Source of the DNA: Methyloceanibacter caenitepidi
Lineage (GTDB): Bacteria; Pseudomonadota; Alphaproteobacteria; Rhizobiales; Methyloligellaceae
Reading direction: 5' to 3'
DNA length: 40,000 nucleotides
Assembly (NCBI RefSeq): GCF_000828475.1
Contig: NZ_AP014648.1
Location: forward strand, 1,955,400 to 1,995,399
Shown here one piece after another: positions 34,237-40,000 of the stretch; position 1 is the first letter of the stretch, and each line of letters begins with the position of its first letter. Below the pieces are notes generated by a model. That model worked only from the letters and a program-made list of their open reading frames with translations. It did not search any database and was not told the origin of the DNA. The position numbers and the translations under genes were made by a program.

Positions 34237-35226
34237 CTAGAGAGCATCTCCGGCGAAGACGGTCGCCGCGCAGGGCCGGTCCGCCCGCTTGAACAGCGAG
34301 CAGGCGCCCTCGGCATCCTGGGCATTGGCGAACGGCCCGGCAATCAGACGCCAGGCATTGTCCGGACCGCGAACGCGCCGGGGCTGAAGCCCTGCGACCA
34401 GAGCCGCGTGTTTCGTGAGATATTCTCGCCATAGCGGGCGCAGCTCGTCGCGCTTTTCTACGCTCCCTATTTCGATGCCGTATCGCGTGGAGCCGTCATT
34501 GGCCGCCGGGGGCAGGGCGACTGGATCCAAGGCCGCGACATCGGTGCGCTCCTCGACGACCGGAGTCTGCGCCGGTGCAGCGGGTGGGGCCGCGGCCGTG
34601 ACGGGAGGCGCAGGGGGTGGCGGTGCGGCTTCAGCCGGTTTGGGGGGCGCGGGAGTCTCGGCAACGGCAGGCTTCGGCGGTTCGGGCGCGGCCATGGCAG
34701 GCTTCGGCGGCGCTGGCGGGGCAGCAGCCGCGACAGGTGGCGGCGCCGGCTTCGGCTCCGCCGCAGCCTCAGGCTTCGGTGCAGGAGCGGGCTCGGCTTG
34801 CGGCGCGGGCGCGGAGGGCGCGCCGGAAACGGCAGGAGCGGCTTTAGGCAACGGTTCCAGTTTGACAAGCGGGCGCGGCGCCGATGTCGAGACGGAGTTG
34901 GAGGGCGGCAGTTTCGCGGCCGGTCCAATGAAGCTCTCGATCGGGCGCAGCCGCTTGTCCAAAGTCGCAAGATGCTGTGAAAGCGTTTGGAGATTGGCGT
35001 CGATAACGCCCAGTTGTTCCGCCGACAGGCCTGCTTGGGCGGCTGGCGCGGCCGCGGTGGGTGCAGACGGCGCGGGCGCGGCCGTCTGGGCCGTCCGGCT
35101 GACAGCCGGTGCGGCGCCGGTGAAAAGCGTGAACAGGTAGTATGCGGAGAGGCCGCCGAGGGCGATCCACAGTACGGAGACCACGGTCCGGACCGTACCG
35201 GACGCGCCAACACGCCGTCGTGCCAT
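34237..35226 (-). CDS. SPOR-domain protein with N-terminal TM anchor and long Pro/Ala-rich linker
   Basis: 329 aa. TM helix VVSVLWIALGGLSAYYLFTLF, a PAPKPE/APPKP low-complexity linker, and a C-terminal SPOR-like module (YGIEIGSV...WRLIAGPFANAQDAEGACSLF). Confidence 0.8.
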   Translation of the reverse strand: MARRRVGASGTVRTVVSVLWIALGGLSAYYLFTLFTGAAPAVSRTAQTAAPAPSAPTAAAPAAQAGLSAEQLGVIDANLQTLSQHLATLDKRLRPIESFIGPAAKLPPSNSVSTSAPRPLVKLEPLPKAAPAVSGAPSAPAPQAEPAPAPKPEAAAEPKPAPPPVAAAAPPAPPKPAMAAPEPPKPAVAETPAPPKPAEAAPPPPAPPVTAAAPPAAPAQTPVVEERTDVAALDPVALPPAANDGSTRYGIEIGSVEKRDELRPLWREYLTKHAALVAGLQPRRVRGPDNAWRLIAGPFANAQDAEGACSLFKRADRPCAATVFAGDAL

Positions 35227-35485
35227 GGGAAACCTCCTCTCGCCGTGCCCGCGGCGCTCGCCGCCGGCCGTATCCCGTCAGATCATTGTGCCGAAGCTGC
35301 AAATCGGAGATTACCCGCTTCATTCCAGGGGTCAATTTTTCCCGTACCGTAACCGTTTAATGCCAAGAATACCGGTTCGGCGTGGTGGCCCTTCGCCTCG
35401 CTATGCACTAGATAGGGCGCGGTTTCTGTAAAACGCGGGGGTGCCGGTCCGGCCTCCCGAAAGCGCATAGGGTTTACGAAGTCAG

Positions 35486-36835
35486 ATGACACAGGCACTC
35501 GCCGTCGTCCTTGCCGCGGGCAAAGGCACCCGGATGAAGTCGGACCTGCCCAAGGTCCTCCATCGCCTGGCCGGTGCGCCCATGCTCGCGCACGTGCTCG
35601 GAGCCGCCGTGTCGGCGGGCGTTACGCGCGCGGCCCTCGTGATCGGCCCTGGCATGGATGCGGTCGGCGAGGCGGGCTTGTCGATCGTGCCCGAGGCCCA
35701 AGTCTTCGTACAGGCCAATCAAATGGGCACCGCCGATGCGGTGAAGTCGGCTGCGCCGGCCTACGAGGCGGCCGGCGGTCCCGTGCTGGTGCTTTACGGC
35801 GACACGCCGCTCCTGCGGGCCGAAACACTGAAGGCGGTCCTGGGCGAATTGGAAGCGGGCGCCGATCTCGTCGTCATCGGTTTCGAGGCGGCCGATCCGA
35901 CCGGCTACGGCCGTCTGCTCTTCGACGACAAGAGCCGGCTTGCGGGCATTCGTGAAGAGAAAGACGCCACCCCCGCCGAGCGCGCGCTGACGCTCTGCAA
36001 TTCGGGCATCATGGCCTTCCGCTCCGGGAAGACCCTGGTGGGACTCATCGCGCGCATCGGCAACGACAACGCTAAGGGCGAATACTATCTCACCGACGCG
36101 GTCGGGCTAGCGTATCAAGACGGGCTCCAGACGCGCGTGGTCCTGTCGAACGGCGAGGAGGTTCTCGGCGTCAACTCGAGGTCAGAGTTGGCAGTCGCCG
36201 AAGCGCTGGTACAGCGGCGGTTGCGCGCCGCCGCCATGGAGCAGGGCGCAACGTTGGTCGCTCCCGAGACCGTCTTCTTCAGCTATGACACCGTCGTCGG
36301 CCGCGATGTGCTCATCGAGCCCAATGTGATCTTCGGACTCGGCGTCACGATCGAAGACGGCGCGACCGTCAAAGGGTTCTGTCACTTCGAACAATCGCGG
36401 GTCGGTGCGAACGTGACCATCGGGCCGTTCGCGCGGCTGCGTCCGGGCGCCGATCTGGCGCCGGGGTCCCATGTGGGTAATTTCGTCGAGATCAAGAATT
36501 CGCACATCGCCGAAGGCGCGAAGGTCAATCACCTCACCTATATCGGCGACGCCACCGTGGGAGCGAAGGCCAATGTCGGCGCCGGAACCATTACCTGCAA
36601 CTACGACGGCTTCGCCAAGCACAAGACACAAATCGGTGCGGGCGCGTTTATCGGATCCAACAGTTCGCTCGTCGCACCCGTCAAGATCGGCGACGGAGCC
36701 TATATCGGATCGGGCAGCGTGATCTCGAAGGACGTTCCCGACGATGCGTTGGCGCTATCGCGGGCAAAGCAGGAAGAACGCGACGGCTGGGCCGCGAAGG
36801 TTCGGGAGCGGCGCAACCGGGACAAGTCCAAATAG
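35486..36835 (+). CDS. glmU: Bifunctional UDP-N-acetylglucosamine pyrophosphorylase / glucosamine-1-phosphate N-acetyltransferase
   Basis: The LAAGKGTRMKS N-terminal motif and C-terminal left-handed beta-helix hexapeptide repeats. 449 aa. Confidence 0.96.
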   Translation: MTQALAVVLAAGKGTRMKSDLPKVLHRLAGAPMLAHVLGAAVSAGVTRAALVIGPGMDAVGEAGLSIVPEAQVFVQANQMGTADAVKSAAPAYEAAGGPVLVLYGDTPLLRAETLKAVLGELEAGADLVVIGFEAADPTGYGRLLFDDKSRLAGIREEKDATPAERALTLCNSGIMAFRSGKTLVGLIARIGNDNAKGEYYLTDAVGLAYQDGLQTRVVLSNGEEVLGVNSRSELAVAEALVQRRLRAAAMEQGATLVAPETVFFSYDTVVGRDVLIEPNVIFGLGVTIEDGATVKGFCHFEQSRVGANVTIGPFARLRPGADLAPGSHVGNFVEIKNSHIAEGAKVNHLTYIGDATVGAKANVGAGTITCNYDGFAKHKTQIGAGAFIGSNSSLVAPVKIGDGAYIGSGSVISKDVPDDALALSRAKQEERDGWAAKVRERRNRDKSK

Positions 36836-36977
36836 GTGTGGTCCGAGACTCTGCACCGCGCAGCCCGCAATAAAGCGATACAGCTCGTGAGTTGCGATGA
36901 AGCCTGCGCATGGCTAGCAACACTTAAGACCCGGAAAACGCATGGTGTATGACGAGACGATAAGGGGGTAGGGGACG

Positions 36978-38798
36978 ATGTGCGGAATTGTTGGCGTCCT
37001 CGGTAAAGGCCCCGTCGCCGAGCTGCTGGTCGATGCGCTGAAGCGCCTGGAATACCGTGGCTACGATTCGACGGGCATTGCGACCGTGGGCGCGCGCGAT
37101 ATCGAACGGCGCCGCGCCGAAGGCAAGTTGCGCAACCTGGAAGCTTTGCTGTCGAGCGAGCCGCTCGCGGGCAACGCCGGTATCGGCCATACCCGTTGGG
37201 CGACCCACGGGAAGCCGAGCGAGGCCAACGCTCATCCTCACATGACTGACGACGTGGCGGTCGTCCACAACGGCATAATCGAGAACTTCCGCGAGTTGAA
37301 GGCCGAGCTCCAGGCAGAGGGTGCCGCCTTCACGTCCGACACGGATACGGAGGTCATCGCGCATCTCATCACGCGCGAGCTGCGTGACGGCAAAGACCCC
37401 ATCGCCGCGGTCCATAAGGTGCTGTCCCAACTTCAAGGCGCGTTCGCGCTCGCGATGATCTTCAAGGGCTACGACGATCTGATGATCGCCGCGCGGCAGG
37501 GCAGTCCCCTGGCTATCGGCTATGGGAACGGCGAGATGTTCGTGGGCTCCGATGCGATCGCGCTCGCGCCCTTCACCGACAACATCGCCTATCTGGAAGA
37601 CGGCGACTGGGCTGTCGTCACGCGCGAAGGCGTCACCATTCATGGGCGCGACGGTGCCGTGGTGGAGCGCGGCGTCGTCAAGTCTGCGGCCACCGGGCTC
37701 ATCGTGGACAAGGGCAATTTCCGCCACTTCATGGCCAAGGAAATTCACGAACAGCCGGAGGTCGTCGGCCATACGCTAGCGCACTATTTGGATCTTGCGT
37801 CCAATCAGGTCGCGCTGCCGGACTTGCCCTTCGACTTCGCCAGTATCAGCCGGATGTCACTGTCGGCCTGCGGTACCGCCTACTATGCGTGCTTGGTGGC
37901 AAAGTATTGGTTCGAGCGCTGGGCGAAGCTGCCGGTCGATGTCGATATCGCCTCGGAGTTCCGCTACCGCGAGATCGCGATGGACCCAGGCGGCGCCGCG
38001 CTGTTCGTGTCCCAATCAGGCGAGACGGCCGATACGCTGGCCTCGCTCCGCTACTGCCGGGAGCAGGACCAGCATGTCCTGTCCGTGGTCAATGTGCGCG
38101 AGTCCTCGATCGCACGCGAATCGGACGGAGTGCTGCCGACGCTCGGCGGCCCCGAGATCGGCGTGGCCTCGACGAAAGCCTTCACCTGTCAATTGACCGT
38201 CCTCGCATGCTTGGCGATCGCGGCGGGCAAGGCGCGGGGCACGATCGGCCCGGAGCTCGAGGCCGAACTCGTCGAGGCGCTGGTGGAGGTGCCCCGGCAC
38301 ATGGCGGAGGTCCTTCGCGACGAGTCGCCCTACGAGGAATTGGCCCATAGCCTGTCGAAGGCGCGGGACGTGCTTTATCTCGGCCGCGGCACAAGCTACC
38401 CGATCGCGCTCGAGGGCGCGCTCAAGCTCAAGGAGATTTCGTACATCCACGCCGAAGGCTACGCCGCGGGTGAACTCAAGCACGGCCCGATCGCCCTGAT
38501 CGACGAGAGCGTGCCGGTCATCGTGATCGCGCCGCGCGACGAGCTTTTCGACAAGACCGTCTCCAACATGCAGGAAGTCGCGGCGCGGGAGGGCAAGATC
38601 GTCCTCGTCAGCGATGCGGATCCCGCCAGCGCCGGCTGCGCGGTACAAACCACGCTGGCGGTCCCGACCGTTCACCCTTTCGTATCGCCGTTGGTCTATG
38701 CTGTTCCGGTTCAATTGATCGCGTATTACACGGCGGTCTTCATGGGTACCGATGTGGATCAGCCCCGAAATCTCGCAAAGTCTGTCACGGTCGAGTAG
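36978..38798 (+). CDS. glmS: Glutamine--fructose-6-phosphate aminotransferase
   Basis: MCGIVG N-terminal nucleophile, two SIS domains, and C-terminal [13 protein letters not shown]. 606 aa. Confidence 0.97.
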   Translation: MCGIVGVLGKGPVAELLVDALKRLEYRGYDSTGIATVGARDIERRRAEGKLRNLEALLSSEPLAGNAGIGHTRWATHGKPSEANAHPHMTDDVAVVHNGIIENFRELKAELQAEGAAFTSDTDTEVIAHLITRELRDGKDPIAAVHKVLSQLQGAFALAMIFKGYDDLMIAARQGSPLAIGYGNGEMFVGSDAIALAPFTDNIAYLEDGDWAVVTREGVTIHGRDGAVVERGVVKSAATGLIVDKGNFRHFMAKEIHEQPEVVGHTLAHYLDLASNQVALPDLPFDFASISRMSLSACGTAYYACLVAKYWFERWAKLPVDVDIASEFRYREIAMDPGGAALFVSQSGETADTLASLRYCREQDQHVLSVVNVRESSIARESDGVLPTLGGPEIGVASTKAFTCQLTVLACLAIAAGKARGTIGPELEAELVEALVEVPRHMAEVLRDESPYEELAHSLSKARDVLYLGRGTSYPIALEGALKLKEISYIHAEGYAAGELKHGPIALIDESVPVIVIAPRDELFDKTVSNMQEVAAREGKIVLVSDADPASAGCAVQTTLAVPTVHPFVSPLVYAVPVQLIAYYTAVFMGTDVDQPRNLAKSVTVE

Positions 38799-38842
38799 AC
38801 TCCAGCCTCGGATTTGCCTGATTTCTTTGATTGAGCAATGGC

Positions 38843-39913
38843 ATGGCGGATAATCAGGACACCGTCCGGCCGCGGAATTTGGGCAGCGTCGGACACCTCT
38901 TGCGGCTTCTCTCCGGAAGGCTTGCCCCTACACTCGGGGTGGCGCTGGGGGTGATGTGCGCTGTGGCCGCGCTGCCGGACACCGCCTTCTCCCAGGACAT
39001 CGGTTTGCGGCGCGGCGAAGCCTCGCTGAGCGCCGGTCAATTCACGGATGCGGCACGCCAGCTTTCGGCGACCGTCAACGACCCGGACGCTACCATCAAT
39101 CAGGTAGCGCAGGCCCTTTATCTGCGTGGCATCGCTTACCGGCGCGCCGGCTATCCGGGCCAGGCCGCGGCCGATCTCGGGGCGGCTCTGTGGCTCGGAC
39201 TGCCGTCCTCAGACAAGGCGCGCGCCTATGTGAACAAGGGCCTTGCCTACCAGGCCGCCGGGATGGAGAGCCAGGGCGCATCGGCCATGGCGCAGGCGCG
39301 GCGCTACTCCAGCGCCAGCACCGTGCAAAAGCTGATCGCTCAGGACGGTGGGGTCGGTCCTGTCGCGACCGGGGGCGTCTCCAGCCTCATTCCCAGCGTC
39401 CCCAGCATACCCAGCCCCGGCGAAGTCTTCGAAAAGGTCGTCCCGAGTTTCGGCGCGCCGAAGACGGCGTCGCAGACCGAAGGCGAAGCAGCCCCGGCTG
39501 AGAACACGGGAATTTGGAACAAGATCGTGCCGAGCTTCGGGGCGTCCAATACGGCAGCGCAGAGCGCGACCGCGCCGGCCGGTGAGGGCGCTTCGGCGGC
39601 GGCCCCGCAGGCAGCCCCGACCTCGGGATGGGATGCGTCGGTGAGCGAAGGATCGGGCGGCAATGCCGTTTCGCGCTGGTGGGAGTCGGTCGCGGGCGGC
39701 GGCGCCCCGGCCGCACAGACAGCACCGGCCCCGGCGGCTCCGAGCGCGCCTGTGGCGAAAACGACCACGGCGACGCGGTCCTCGACGGCATCCTCCGCGC
39801 CGGCACAACCCCAGGCGGCACCGACTTCGGGTTGGGATGCTTCGGTGAGCGAAGGATCGGGCGGAAGCGGGGTCAAGCAATGGTGGAATTCGGTCACGGG
39901 CGGCGGTCAATAG
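38843..39913 (+). CDS. TPR-like exported protein with C-terminal internal repeats (alternative TTG start at 38831)
   Basis: Signal or anchor segment LAPTLGVALGVMCAVAALPDTAFS. TPR-like helices (ALYLRGIAYRRAGYPGQAAADLGAAL). The duplicated 32-aa unit is QAAPTSGWDASVSEGSGG..WW.SV.GGG. Confidence 0.7.
   Translation: MADNQDTVRPRNLGSVGHLLRLLSGRLAPTLGVALGVMCAVAALPDTAFSQDIGLRRGEASLSAGQFTDAARQLSATVNDPDATINQVAQALYLRGIAYRRAGYPGQAAADLGAALWLGLPSSDKARAYVNKGLAYQAAGMESQGASAMAQARRYSSASTVQKLIAQDGGVGPVATGGVSSLIPSVPSIPSPGEVFEKVVPSFGAPKTASQTEGEAAPAENTGIWNKIVPSFGASNTAAQSATAPAGEGASAAAPQAAPTSGWDASVSEGSGGNAVSRWWESVAGGGAPAAQTAPAPAAPSAPVAKTTTATRSSTASSAPAQPQAAPTSGWDASVSEGSGGSGVKQWWNSVTGGGQ
39608..39907 (+). repeat. Two 96-nt in-frame direct repeats (39608-39703 and 39812-39907) inside the TPR-like gene
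   Basis: Both copies contain tcgggwtgggatgcktcggtgagcgaaggatcgggcgg. At the protein level, 24 of 32 residues are identical. Confidence 0.85.
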
Positions 39914-40000
39914 ACCCCAAAGGCGCGCATTCACTTCGATCCATAGACTGGTCATGACTTTCATCCCAATAGGCGCCCTCAGTGCAGACCCACCCGATCC

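Noticed and set aside
36836-36977. Possible glmS ribozyme or leader upstream of glmS
   Set aside because: I could not identify the conserved ribozyme core. The glmS ribozyme is a Gram-positive feature, and proteobacteria use other regulation.
39914-40000. Possible start of another gene at the right edge (minus-strand ORF 39209-39964)
   Set aside because: The ORF is antisense to the TPR-like gene and has an Arg-rich nonsense translation. The last 87 nt are too short to support any call.

Overview
High-GC alphaproteobacterial chromosomal segment; the gene order looks Rhizobiales/Hyphomicrobiales-like, from memory and without a database search. Most of the window is core housekeeping. Left to right: uvrA (partial, minus strand, absent from the ORF track because it runs off the left edge), a Pif1/RecD-like helicase, a UPF0314/DUF2585 membrane protein, a MAPEG protein, ssb, a bacterioferritin-like gene, gyrA, a Crp/Fnr regulator divergent from ompW, coaD, two cyclophilins, a DUF606 transporter, queA-tgt, an EamA transporter, a short DHFR-like gene, a PQQ-dependent sugar dehydrogenase, and several small exported or membrane ORFs. 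After the metal locus and tRNA-Lys(UUU) come DUF3311 plus a sodium:solute symporter, ypfJ, an orphan LivJ-type binding protein, a SPOR protein, glmU, glmS and a TPR/repeat protein. I saw no transposase, integrase, CRISPR array or phage genes. The clearest accessory-looking segment is 21.0-28.8 kb. It holds an OmpR-type two-component system divergent from a CusBA-type (monovalent-cation-like) RND pump that has no outer-membrane factor. Three poorly characterised genes follow the pump: a DUF3240-like gene overlapping the pump 3' end by 70 nt, a small basic two-Cys exported protein, and a Met/Gly-repeat CpxP/Spy-like periplasmic protein. The divergent promoter carries a mirror-symmetric array of 11-bp-phased CCTGAAA/TTTCAGG repeats. 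This locus is my best candidate for an under-described system. Other sequence-level oddities are a Tgt that lacks 3 of its 4 canonical zinc ligands, two identical FNR/FixK-type boxes between the Crp/Fnr gene and ompW, an interrupted uvrA-ssb divergon, a bacterioferritin without the heme-ligating Met, a GyrA QRDR reading N-Q where E. coli has D82-S83, and a four-element GTGAAC/GTTCAC array that can form alternative hairpins. All calls rest on reading the translations and motifs by eye. Start codons were chosen from Shine-Dalgarno context and are approximate, and no HMM or BLAST was run.
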